From contig CAZALK010000021.1 of the NCBI GenBank assembly GCA_964486045.1, forward strand, positions 8,684 through 72,683: 64,000 nt of DNA, read 5' to 3'. This document shows, in pieces, positions 1-9,216 of this stretch (position 1 is its first letter; every line of letters begins with the position of its first letter). The translations under genes and the position numbers were made by a program. The stretch is from an uncultured archaeon (GTDB lineage Archaea; Asgardarchaeota; Lokiarchaeia; Sigyniarchaeales; SOKP01). The notes under the pieces are model-generated. The model had not been told where the DNA came from, did no database searches, and saw only the letters and a program-made list of their open reading frames with translations.

Positions 1-124
1 TTGAATCATGTTAAAGATGTAAATAGTTCAATATGTAATAAATTTAATCACACAAAATTATAAAACTCAATAAAAACTTTCTTAATATTGTATTTTCAAA
101 TCGAAATGAAATATTAGAATCTCT

Positions 125-1555
125 GTGTTTTTATTGTTTATAAAAAATGTTTCTAAACTATTAAGAAAAGATTTAGACGAAGAAAAAATTAACTTAAGAA
201 AGTTAGCAATAGAAGCGATTGAGAAGGCTATTAATTCAGTTAACCCTCAACGCTTAATTGAAAAATCAATAAGCATCCAAAATAACATATTAACAATCCA
301 AGATGATGATTATGATCTCAAAAAATTTAAAAAGATTTCCTTTATTGGAGGGGGAAAGGCAACTGCTGAAATGGCATTTTCTCTAGAGAAAATCCTATTA
401 AACTATTCAGATATAGTTTATGATGGAATAATTAACGTTCCAAAAGGGACAGTAAAATCTGAACTAATAGAGAAGAGTAAAATAAAAATAAATTATGCTT
501 CTCATCCTGTTCCTGATATATACGGATTGAAAGGAACAAAATTGATGATAGATATTATTGAATCATCAGATAAAGATGATTTGATTATTATATTAATCTC
601 TGGTGGAGGATCTGCTCTATTACCTCTACCAAAACAAAGTATTAGTCTTCAAGATTTGCAGTTGGTTAATTCTCTTCTTTTAGCAAGTGGTGCATCTATT
701 CACGAAATCAATGCCGTCCGTAAACATTTATCTGATTTTAAAGGTGGCAATCTTGCTAAAAAAGTCTATAATGCAAGTAACGCAACCTTAATTTCTCTAA
801 TTATCTCAGATGTTGTTAAAGATAAATTAGATACTATCGCGTCTGGACCTTCTGTGCCAGATACTACTACTTTTAGTGATGCCATAGAAATTCTTAAGAA
901 CTATAGTATTTATGAGAAAATTCCCATTTCGGTCATAAACTTTTTGGAAGAGGGTTTGCTAGGACATAATCTAGAAACCCCCAAACTTAATAATGTGTGT
1001 TTTAATAAGGTTCATAACTATATAGTAGGTAGCGTTAAGACTGCTGTAGAAGAAGTCGTCTCCTTCTTGGATACGCAAGGATTTGAACCATTTTATTTTT
1101 CGAGTGAAATAGTTGGAGAAGCAGAAATATTTGGAAAATCGTTGTTTAATACTATATCTCAAAAATTGAAGGAAACTTCCAAAGGAAACACTCCTAGTAA
1201 ATTTGCCTTAATCGGGACTGGAGAATTAACTGTAACAATTAAAGGTAAAGGTATTGGGGGTAGGAATCAAGAAATGTTGTTAGGGTTTTTAGACGTTATA
1301 AAGGAACGGGAACTCCCTTTTGATTTTTTGATTATGGGCGCCAATCTTGATGGCATTGAAGGAAATAGCGAAGCAATGGGTGCTCTTATTGACAACTTCG
1401 TGCTAACTCAAATTAAAAAAAACAATATTAATATAAGTAACTACCTGGAAAATAATAATTCGAATAGTTTTTTTAAACTTGTTGAAACTGAAATAGTGAC
1501 TGGACCAACAGGATGTAACGTAAACGATTTGCTCATAATTTTACTACAATTTTAA
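125..1555 (+). CDS. Glycerate 2-kinase / hydroxypyruvate reductase-like protein (DUF4147 + MOFRL family)
   Basis: 476-aa ORF. Family-typical motifs are GGGKATAEMA, SGGGSALL, LSDFKGGNLAK, IASGPSVPD and the C-terminal GTGELTVTIKGKGIGGRNQEMLL. The first codon is GTG and there is no nearby ATG, so the exact start is uncertain. Confidence 0.8.
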   Translation: MFLLFIKNVSKLLRKDLDEEKINLRKLAIEAIEKAINSVNPQRLIEKSISIQNNILTIQDDDYDLKKFKKISFIGGGKATAEMAFSLEKILLNYSDIVYDGIINVPKGTVKSELIEKSKIKINYASHPVPDIYGLKGTKLMIDIIESSDKDDLIIILISGGGSALLPLPKQSISLQDLQLVNSLLLASGASIHEINAVRKHLSDFKGGNLAKKVYNASNATLISLIISDVVKDKLDTIASGPSVPDTTTFSDAIEILKNYSIYEKIPISVINFLEEGLLGHNLETPKLNNVCFNKVHNYIVGSVKTAVEEVVSFLDTQGFEPFYFSSEIVGEAEIFGKSLFNTISQKLKETSKGNTPSKFALIGTGELTVTIKGKGIGGRNQEMLLGFLDVIKERELPFDFLIMGANLDGIEGNSEAMGALIDNFVLTQIKKNNINISNYLENNNSNSFFKLVETEIVTGPTGCNVNDLLIILLQF

Positions 1556-1849
1556 ATATTATTACTAATTTTTACACAGAAAAGTAAATTAAAGTAAATA
1601 TTGTGTGTCCAAAGTGTGGTCATAAATTTATTGAATCTTTTTTTATTACTACGAAATCAAATTGAAGTGTTAACAAATACTCAAATTTCTATAAGAATAT
1701 AACACACTGAATTTTGGTTTAATTGCTATATCTTAAGTATGAAAAATTTTTTAAGGGGTGTAGTAGATTTTATTTTATCGAGTTAACTTTTATTAACTCT
1801 TAAATAAATTTTCAATCTAACTAAAAAAATTAAACACTGGTAAGGAAAA

Positions 1850-3991
1850 ATGGGAAAAAAAGATAAGAAAAAGGTAAAAAAACCATCGCGCATGGGATGG
1901 GATGATTCTGAGAAAAAAGAAGAACTGGTAGCAGACGGATTAAAAAGAACAGATAAAGATGAGGGAAGAGTTGCATTAGTTGACAGAGATACTGCAACAC
2001 CTGTTATTGAGACATACGATGAGGATACTGGACAACTTGAAGGGAGTATTCTCTTGAAGAATGGTAATCGAGAGGGATTATTAGCATTAGTAAAAATCAT
2101 TGAGGATGTCCAAGTAAAACAAGATCATGAGGCGAATGTTGAATCTTTTAGCTTTGGTGGAAAAATTAGTATTGAAAATCCAAGTAAAACAGATCGTTTA
2201 TGGGACATTGACATTTCCCTAGAAAATATAGGTAGTACGAATTTAAAATCGAAGGATATATCAATAAGGGAATTAGGGTCTGAATATCCAGATAACGTTG
2301 ATACCAGAGAATTTGAATTAAAAAAGGACGTGCAAAATCTCTTTCTAGTTAAAGAATTTATCAGTACTCTTTCAGAAGCTAATCAAATCTTAAATATTAA
2401 TGATATTGAAAGAGAATTGTTAAATATTAAAGAAAAATCAGGCAAAATAAAGAAGAAAGTTGTCGTAACCATACCACCAACTACAAAAGAAGATGAAGAT
2501 GATGATGGAGAAACATTGGAAGATGGTGGAACTGCTATTGAAACCGGTTTAGAGACTTTTGGTATTTCTATTGATAGAGAGAATACAATTACATTCGCAA
2601 TTGCATTAAGGAATATGTTTGATAAACCTATTTCCGATATTGAAGTAATTAAAACTATACCAGATGATTTTACAAATCCTGTGGTGCAAGATACAACCGA
2701 AGGAAGAACAGAAATCCAAGGAGATAAAATAATTTGGAAGATAGATAAATTACGACCAGAATATACCGTTTTACTTAAATTTACATGTAGTATTACAGTA
2801 AATGACATCGCTAGAAGAAAAACAGGGACTATTGATGTTTCATATAAGGCTGCATCTTCTTTTGCCGAAGGCTTAGCAATTGATAAATTTGAAGCATATA
2901 CACGAAACAAATTTTATATTGATACGCTTGAAAGAGACGAGGAACCAAACATTTGGGATAATAAATTAATCTTTGATAACTCATCTGATTTCATTATTCA
3001 GCTTTTCAATGCTGATGTATATTCTCCGGATGAGGAGACTAAAAAATTCGTTGATATTGATCCTAATGATGTTCCAATGTTACCATCAGGTGCCCAATGG
3101 CATTCGGTTAAATGGCAATATGAAAGTTCCGATTATCCAACATTTAGGAAGAAACTTGAATTTAGAGTTGTACCTGACTATCAGTATAATGTTAACGTCA
3201 CAGTTTCAATATCAGATGTAATCTTAGAAATAGCAAGTATAACCGGGGAAATGGCTTATAATAAGGTTGAAACTCCAACATATAAAGCTCAAGATGTTAT
3301 AGCTACTCTTAAAATGGCAAATAATGGTTCTGCTCCGTTGAACGAAATCGCAGTTATTCAACAAACTTTCACTGAAGAATACCAACCACCTAAAGTAAAC
3401 GAGATTAAATTAACCTGGGATGGAGATGAAGTCGAACTCTCTTCAGGTGCGGTTAATTTTGAAATGGATGTTTTTACCATTTCTTTAAAAGATCTTAAAG
3501 GCACTAGTACGGGAATGCTTAAACCAGATTCAACTTTAGAATTTCAATACCCAATTCATTGTGTAAATCCGGTACGAGATTCAACATTTGGATCGGAAAT
3601 TCTATTTCACGCAAATACATTTCCTGTCAGCAACGAATTAGAATTTATACCTAAAGTTCCTGTAATTGAAGCTCTTCACATCAGAAGGAAATTCCGTTCA
3701 AGTAAAGAAGTTGTTCCAATTGGAGATCTTGGTAATTATAGAATCATTTTAACCATCGAAAATATTGGTGAATCGAATTTGCATGACCTTGTGTTACTAG
3801 ACAAGGTTCCTGATTCATTTGAGTATACACTAGACAATAGCGCATTAAAACCAAAGATCACTGATGAAGTAGGGCAAGATACCTTAAAATGGGAAATTGA
3901 CGAACTGGAAGTTGGAGATACTCTAGAGATCTCATATGAGATTAGTGGTACTGGTGAATATAGTCCATCAGATGCTCAATTAGCACTATAA
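1850..3991 (+). CDS. Hypothetical protein with repeated DUF11/CARDB-like beta-sandwich modules and a Lys-rich N-terminus, no signal peptide
   Basis: 713-aa ORF with an ATG start. A recurring module recurs at least 4 times, e.g. WDIDISLENIGSTNL..., ITFAIALRNMFDKPISDIEVIKTIPDDF, ATLKMANNGSAPLNEIAVIQ, YRIILTIENIGESNLHDLVLLDKVPDSFEY...TLKWEIDELEVGDTLEISYEISGTG. The N-terminus MGKKDKKKVKKPSR is not a signal peptide. Confidence 0.55.
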   Translation: MGKKDKKKVKKPSRMGWDDSEKKEELVADGLKRTDKDEGRVALVDRDTATPVIETYDEDTGQLEGSILLKNGNREGLLALVKIIEDVQVKQDHEANVESFSFGGKISIENPSKTDRLWDIDISLENIGSTNLKSKDISIRELGSEYPDNVDTREFELKKDVQNLFLVKEFISTLSEANQILNINDIERELLNIKEKSGKIKKKVVVTIPPTTKEDEDDDGETLEDGGTAIETGLETFGISIDRENTITFAIALRNMFDKPISDIEVIKTIPDDFTNPVVQDTTEGRTEIQGDKIIWKIDKLRPEYTVLLKFTCSITVNDIARRKTGTIDVSYKAASSFAEGLAIDKFEAYTRNKFYIDTLERDEEPNIWDNKLIFDNSSDFIIQLFNADVYSPDEETKKFVDIDPNDVPMLPSGAQWHSVKWQYESSDYPTFRKKLEFRVVPDYQYNVNVTVSISDVILEIASITGEMAYNKVETPTYKAQDVIATLKMANNGSAPLNEIAVIQQTFTEEYQPPKVNEIKLTWDGDEVELSSGAVNFEMDVFTISLKDLKGTSTGMLKPDSTLEFQYPIHCVNPVRDSTFGSEILFHANTFPVSNELEFIPKVPVIEALHIRRKFRSSKEVVPIGDLGNYRIILTIENIGESNLHDLVLLDKVPDSFEYTLDNSALKPKITDEVGQDTLKWEIDELEVGDTLEISYEISGTGEYSPSDAQLAL

Positions 3992-4000
3992 AATTTAACA

Positions 4001-4023
4001 TTTTTTTTTAATTTTTTTTTTTT
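4001..4023 (+). terminator. T-run (9 T, A A, 12 T) just downstream of the 1850..3991 stop; candidate archaeal oligo-T terminator
   Basis: The sequence is ttttttttt aa tttttttttttt, starting 10 nt after the TAA stop. Archaeal intrinsic termination at oligo-T tracts is established. Function here is an inference. Confidence 0.5.
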
Positions 4024-4130
4024 CACAATGGTTTAATAAATCTTAAGCAAATTATTAAAGGAATAAACAGAAAAGTTTATTTTACTTATTATCAAAAAAT
4101 TCTATAGTCTATAGGAACTTTTTAGAAATT

Positions 4131-5822
4131 ATGATAAGGAAACGATATCAACTAAATTGGACTTTTGAATGCCCCGATGCGGTTCTTACATGTTCTGTTT
4201 TGAAATGTAGAGATAAAAATTTCTTAGCCTTTGGTGGTCACGATAAAAAATTATATTTAATGGATGAAAAAATGAATATAATTGATGACAGAGAATTTGA
4301 TGGATGGTGCCGATGTAGTTACCCAATTGATTTAGATGGAGATGGCTGTGATGAGGTGCTAGTAGGTGCGGGAGATGGAAATTTCATGGTATTGAAATTG
4401 AATGTAGAAAAGAAAAAACTCGTCGGATTAATGAGATATAAATCTTCTAAAAAAGTTAATTGTTGTATCGCAGGTGACCTAACAAGGGATGGAAATAACG
4501 AGTTAATAATTGGAAGTGAAGATAAGACAATCAAGATTTTTGACAATATTAAAGCAAAGGAACCAAAATTCATTTTCTACTATGATTCTTGGGTTACATC
4601 ATGCACTCTAGGGTTTATGCAATTACCAAATGAAAAAGAACCTCTTTATGGATTGTTAGTTGGTACGAAAAATGGAATGCTTCAGTTAATACGCTTCAAA
4701 GATTATCAGCCTGAAATTGTATGGAATAAGAATTTCTCCTCCCAGATTAATACAATAAAGATTGGGGATGTAATTAATGACGGATTGAATGAAATTATCT
4801 TAGGGAATGATGATTCTACAATGAAAATTCTTAATAGTGAAGGAGAACTACTAAAGGAAATTGAATTGGAAGAAGGACGCCCACTTACTCTATTAATTGA
4901 GGATATAGACGGAGATAAAGCCAACGAAATTGTTGCAGGATGTTCAGATGGTTCATTAAAGGTATTCCATAACCCTGCATTAGATTCAAAAGATATCGAG
5001 TTAAAATGGAAAACAAAAGTTCCAACTTCGATTAAAGATGTTTGTTTTCTTATAAGCGATGAACCAGATTTAAAACATATAGTATTTGGGGGATACGACC
5101 GTACAATTCGGAATGTAACCGATTTTGAATGGGGTAAAAAACAAATTCTTAACATCACTCAAAAGATCCAAGCACCAGATATACAAGAAAGTAAGAAAAA
5201 ATTAGTTGTTGATGATTTCACTAAAGTAAAAGAAGTTCCTTCGAATATTCGAGAATATATTTTTAAAATTTTAAAAGAAAAAGGATATATTAAAGAATTA
5301 GTAAAAGAATTAACAAAATTAGGATATTCCCAGGAAGAAATATCTGAACAATTGGAGATAATGAATATTCAGAAATCTATACTGTATGAGAAAGTAATCT
5401 ATCCTGTTTGGAGTCTCCCGGGTGAAGAAATAGAAAAGAAGGGAGAAATTGAGTTGCCTGTTGAAGAAAAGAAAGTATCAGTTAAACACATGGTAATCGA
5501 GGAGCCAATCAAAACAGGTAAAGAAAAATTAAGAGTAGCCCTAAATACAGAATCTGAAAAGGTTAAATCCTCAGAAAAGATAAAAGCTGAAGAGAAGGCA
5601 ATTCCAACTAAAAAAGTCAGCACTGGGGAATCATTAAAAGAAATTATCATCCAATATTTAAATGAGAATAAATTGGTTGCCACTAAACCTAAATTTATAA
5701 ACGATATAATTGCCAAAGGTTTCCCTAAAAATAGTATTGAAAAAGAAATTAATTCTTTAAAAGAACAAGGATTAATTATTTACTCAAGAGCAAAACCAAA
5801 AGGTTGGAGTCTGGGGAATTGA
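4131..5822 (+). CDS. FG-GAP/VCBS-like beta-propeller protein with C-terminal winged-helix-like modules
   Basis: 563-aa ORF. Blade signatures repeat: DLDGDGCDEVLVGAGDGNFMVL, GDLTRDGNNELIIGSEDKTIKIF, GDVINDGLNEIILGNDDSTMKIL, EDIDGDKANEIVAGCSDGSLKVF, VFGGYDRTIRNV. The C-terminal third is Lys/Glu-rich with two small helical modules (IREYIFKILKEKGYIKELVKEL; LKEIIIQYLNENKLVATKPKFINDIIAKGF...LKEQGLIIYS) that resemble wHTH folds. Confidence 0.6.
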   Translation: MIRKRYQLNWTFECPDAVLTCSVLKCRDKNFLAFGGHDKKLYLMDEKMNIIDDREFDGWCRCSYPIDLDGDGCDEVLVGAGDGNFMVLKLNVEKKKLVGLMRYKSSKKVNCCIAGDLTRDGNNELIIGSEDKTIKIFDNIKAKEPKFIFYYDSWVTSCTLGFMQLPNEKEPLYGLLVGTKNGMLQLIRFKDYQPEIVWNKNFSSQINTIKIGDVINDGLNEIILGNDDSTMKILNSEGELLKEIELEEGRPLTLLIEDIDGDKANEIVAGCSDGSLKVFHNPALDSKDIELKWKTKVPTSIKDVCFLISDEPDLKHIVFGGYDRTIRNVTDFEWGKKQILNITQKIQAPDIQESKKKLVVDDFTKVKEVPSNIREYIFKILKEKGYIKELVKELTKLGYSQEEISEQLEIMNIQKSILYEKVIYPVWSLPGEEIEKKGEIELPVEEKKVSVKHMVIEEPIKTGKEKLRVALNTESEKVKSSEKIKAEEKAIPTKKVSTGESLKEIIIQYLNENKLVATKPKFINDIIAKGFPKNSIEKEINSLKEQGLIIYSRAKPKGWSLGN

Positions 5823-5825
5823 TCC

Positions 5826-6269
5826 CTAATCTGATTTTTTTATGAAAAAATCTTCTACAATCTTCTCAAAATGCTCAAATTGATTTAATTCAGAAAAATT
5901 TACCCCACTAAACTTTTGAACGAATAGTTGTAATATTGGATCTATCCTTTCAAAAAATTTCCTGACTAGTTTATCTGATTTTTTTTTAGACTTATCAGCC
6001 AGACCATACAATATTAAAGATTCTTTCATAGTATTATCGCTGGATTGTACGTCAGCCATTCTAAAGATAAATAATATATTTCCTGACTCCAAATACTCAA
6101 TTGAACTATTACTGAAAGCAGTATCAGCAAATGCATTTATAGCAGATATAAAGGCTCCTCTGAGATCTTTACTTACTCCAAGTTCCTTCTGATCGGGTAG
6201 ACTCTTAAAATCGTGACTAACAAGGACAAATCCTCTAAATACAAAGCCAAGTTCGTAAAGCTCCTTCAA
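5826..6269 (-). CDS. Hypothetical small protein, possible Roadblock/longin-like fold
   Basis: 147-aa ORF with a TTG start, convergent with the propeller gene (3-nt gap). The N-terminal half (GFVFRGFVLVSHDF...RGAFISAINAFADTAF...IEYLESGNILFIFRMADV) has the alternating beta/alpha pattern also seen in the N-terminal domain of the GTPase at 32043..33236. The fold assignment is speculative. Confidence 0.3.
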   Translation of the reverse strand: MKELYELGFVFRGFVLVSHDFKSLPDQKELGVSKDLRGAFISAINAFADTAFSNSSIEYLESGNILFIFRMADVQSSDNTMKESLILYGLADKSKKKSDKLVRKFFERIDPILQLFVQKFSGVNFSELNQFEHFEKIVEDFFIKKSD

Positions 6270-6433
6270 TTTAAGATCAAATCCTTTAATTTCATATAGT
6301 TCCTATTACTAAATTAGAACGATTTTATATATTTAACTTTAAACTAAACTTTAATTAAATTTAAATGAAAACTATTTTAAGGATCATGTAAAATTATTGA
6401 TCATAAATATTTAATATAAGAAGGGAAAATTAT

Positions 6434-7648
6434 ATGAAAGTATTAGCTTTGGGAGGAACCGGGGACATGGGAAGAATGGCTGTAGCTATACTACTTGAAT
6501 CTCCAAATGTAACTTCAATAACAGTTGCAGATAAAAATTATGAACGGGCACAATATCTTGTCGATTTAGTTGGTTCTGAAAAACTAAAGGTGGTAGAAAT
6601 AGATGTTACTCAGAAGACTGACCTTATTAAACTCATTTCATCTCATGATTTAGTCATGAACACTGTTGGTCCTTTTTATAAATTCGCAACCGTAATTCTA
6701 GAAGCTGTTATAGAAGCTAGGAAACCGTATGTGGGTATATGTGATGATTGGAAACCTACATTAGATTTACTCGAAATGGATAATAATGCAAAAAATGCGG
6801 GAATCACTGCAATTATCGGAATGGGTGCAAGTCCGGGAATCACCAACCTAATGGCTGTTATAGCCTGCTCCAAACTTGATAAAGTTGATGAACTTATTAC
6901 TGCTTGGGGTTACGGTATTGGAGAAAGAAGGGGAAATAAACCCAAATATTTTATTGAACCGAAGAAATTTTACAATAAATTTAAAGATATGCCAGTGATT
7001 GCTAATGCTGCTATTATGCATTTATTTTATGAAACTGCTGAAATTATCCCAACCTTTAAAAATGGTAAGATAATTGAGATTAAACCTCTTACAGATGCGA
7101 AACCACTTCAATTTCCTGGCTTTAAGGATACTTATGTTTGTCACATCGGTCATCCAGAACCTGTGACATTATCAAGAGTGTTAAACGTAAATTCCGTTTC
7201 GAACTTGATGTATATGGGTAAGACCATAACGGATATAGTGCGTAAATACACTCTACAGATATCGAATAAAGAGCTTACAGTTGTTGAAGCATCCATTAAA
7301 TTTGGAGAGGAAGTAAGAGAAATGAATAGAAATGAAGAAGTCATCAAAGAATTCATAGATATGCCCCCAGGTTTAAGTGTTATTGCAACAGGAATAAAAG
7401 ACGGAGCTCGAAAAAAAGTTGCAATAGCAAATAATCGTGTTCCATTTGGGGGGATGGCAGGGGTAACATCAATACCACTAGCAATAGTGGTAGAAAAGGT
7501 ACTTAATGGTGAAATAACAAAAAAGGGGGTTCTTACACCAGAAGAAGCAATCTTAGATCCTATAGACTTTTTCGATAGATATGCAAAATATTGTGGAGAT
7601 AATCTAACAAATGAGGATGTTTTGCTCATTAGAGAGGAAGATCTTTAG
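6434..7648 (+). CDS. Saccharopine dehydrogenase-like NAD(P)-binding oxidoreductase
   Basis: 404-aa ORF. It has an N-terminal Rossmann motif (MKVLALGGTGDMGRMAV), NTVGPFYKF and GMGASPGITNLM, which are typical of the saccharopine dehydrogenase family. Confidence 0.7.
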   Translation: MKVLALGGTGDMGRMAVAILLESPNVTSITVADKNYERAQYLVDLVGSEKLKVVEIDVTQKTDLIKLISSHDLVMNTVGPFYKFATVILEAVIEARKPYVGICDDWKPTLDLLEMDNNAKNAGITAIIGMGASPGITNLMAVIACSKLDKVDELITAWGYGIGERRGNKPKYFIEPKKFYNKFKDMPVIANAAIMHLFYETAEIIPTFKNGKIIEIKPLTDAKPLQFPGFKDTYVCHIGHPEPVTLSRVLNVNSVSNLMYMGKTITDIVRKYTLQISNKELTVVEASIKFGEEVREMNRNEEVIKEFIDMPPGLSVIATGIKDGARKKVAIANNRVPFGGMAGVTSIPLAIVVEKVLNGEITKKGVLTPEEAILDPIDFFDRYAKYCGDNLTNEDVLLIREEDL

Positions 7649-7757
7649 TTTGACTAAAATTATTGATTTTATACTTTCTCGATGACAAAACTATAAAATT
7701 AGGTAAAAATATTTCATAAATATTCAAAACAACTACATTGGTGGGTGTGACAAAATT

Positions 7758-8267
7758 ATGGATAACGATTTAGATGCAAAATTTGATGAGAAGATAAAAG
7801 AACTAAAAGAAAAACTACCACATAATGTTTCAGGTGCAAATTGTGCTGAATTAACACTAACTAGCGTTCTAGAAGTTCTTGGTCTCCAAGATTACGTTTA
7901 TAACAACCTTATTATTCCATTTGGTGTCGGATTAGGTGGCTATAAATCTAAGAAAGGCTGGATGGGCCCATGTGGATCAGTAAGTGGAGGATGTGCAGCC
8001 ACCGGGGTCATTTTGGCGGGAAAGGAAAGAATGACAAGCGAATTAAGACCCATGGCATATTATAAATCGGCAAAATTTGCCACAGAATTCGAGAAGGAGT
8101 TTGGATCTGTTGTATGTTCAGAATTATGTGGGTATGATTTGAGCGACCGAAATAATTTTGTTGAATATCAAAAAAACAATACATGGGCTAAAACGTGTAA
8201 TTACTTTGTTATCTGGGCAGTTGATGCAGTAAGAAAAATAATGCAAAAAGAGTTAAGCAATTGGTGA
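7758..8267 (+). CDS. C_GCAxxG_C_C family protein (putative redox-active)
   Basis: 169-aa ORF. The conserved Cys pattern is GANCAELTL, GPCGSVSGGCAATG, GSVVCSELCG and KTCNYF. Confidence 0.65.
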   Translation: MDNDLDAKFDEKIKELKEKLPHNVSGANCAELTLTSVLEVLGLQDYVYNNLIIPFGVGLGGYKSKKGWMGPCGSVSGGCAATGVILAGKERMTSELRPMAYYKSAKFATEFEKEFGSVVCSELCGYDLSDRNNFVEYQKNNTWAKTCNYFVIWAVDAVRKIMQKELSNW

Positions 8268-8494
8268 CAGGAAAATTTCTGTCCATATTATGTTGTTACC
8301 ATATACCATACATAATTTAATTTTTATTTCGTTTAACACTAAATGGTTTTTTTAATCTTATCTAAACTTTTTTTGAAATTTTATTTTTGTTTGAGTTTTT
8401 CTTTTCGAAATTAAAAATTTTTTATACTAATAATTGTATATTAGAATTATTCAAAACTAAAATTTTAATTTTGTAAAGTGAAGGAGAAATAAAA

Positions 8495-8785
8495 ATGAGC
8501 GATACAGATGAGGATCGTTTCTGTCCCTATTGCGGAGTGGCATTAAAGTTTTCAGAGTTTCTGGAAGTTGTGTAAAATCACCCGTATTGGCAGCATATTC
8601 AAACAAAACACCCAGATAAGTATTCTCAGAAGGAAACATGGGTACAGTTATATCAAGATTATTCTTCCCTTGGAATGGACATATCTACGTCAATATTAGT
8701 AATCTCTGAATTGTTTAATGCCACGCCAGATGAAATAAAGTCGTTTTTAGAAAATGCTAATGTAAATTTTGAAGTTAATGATTGA
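8495..8785 (+). pseudogene. Small CxxC/His-rich ORF interrupted by one in-frame TAA (8573..8575)
   Basis: AAGGAG lies at 8481..8486, 8 nt before the ATG at 8495. The translation is MSDTDEDRFCPYCGVALKFSEFLEVV*NHPYWQHIQTKHPDKYSQKETWVQLYQDYSSLGMDISTSILVISELFNATPDEIKSFLENANVNFEVND*. The frame stays open for 69 more codons after the TAA, which is unlikely by chance in this AT-rich DNA. It is either a nonsense-mutated gene or a case of readthrough. Confidence 0.45.
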
Positions 8786-8866
8786 ATTTAGAATTAATGC
8801 ATATATAACTCTTATACTAGAGAATGAAACAACAAACATCTAAATAAGCATTTTACTTCATTAATG

Positions 8867-8941
8867 GTTATTTCAGAATTATTTTATGCAACTAAAGAAG
8901 AAATAAAGTTGTTTTTAGTAAACGCCAAAATTATTAAGTAA
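8867..8941 (+). pseudogene. Orphan duplicated fragment of the C-terminal tail of the 8495..8785 ORF
   Basis: It translates to VISELFYATKEEIKLFLVNAKIIK*, compared with VISELFNATPDEIKSFLENANVNF in the upstream ORF. There is no start codon and stops lie immediately upstream. Confidence 0.5.
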
Positions 8942-9216
8942 CTTTTTGGTGTTAAATATTTTCATCAACCTTCACTTTTAGAACAAAAATAAATAAGAAT
9001 AGAGAGAAAAAATTTTCCATTTGTTGATTCAACTCATCTTTTTCATCTACACTAGTTAAGTATCAGATTACTCACAAATTTAAATTTAAAAGCAAAATTA
9101 TTGAGGAAATAGTAAACAAGATTGAATTATTGCCCTTTATATTAAAGCTGGGATTTACCACATCACTAATCAAACTATTATATTTTAAATGTCTAAAAAA
9201 TAATAAAACTATAAAT

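Noticed and set aside
1603-1665. A 20-codon ORF (GTG start) encoding CPKCGHKFIESFFITTKSN.
   Set aside because: It has only one CxxC half-site, is too short, has no ribosome-binding site that I can see, and has no second metal-ligand pair. I cannot distinguish it from chance or a gene relic.
2383-2910. Long antisense ORFs inside confidently called genes. Examples are 2383..2910, 4706..5158, 7150..7629, 12922..13203, 34769..35092, 39721..40113, 50773..51033 and 60466..60765.
   Set aside because: Their translations are S/F/L/I-rich and low in complexity, as expected when the reverse strand of Lys/Glu/Asn-rich AT-rich genes is read. Each is fully nested in a gene with clear family motifs.
8457-8639. 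A 60-aa minus-strand ORF from the ORF track.
   Set aside because: The plus strand here carries an SD-preceded ORF with a CxxC motif and a duplicated tail. The minus-strand product has no features, so it is most likely spurious.
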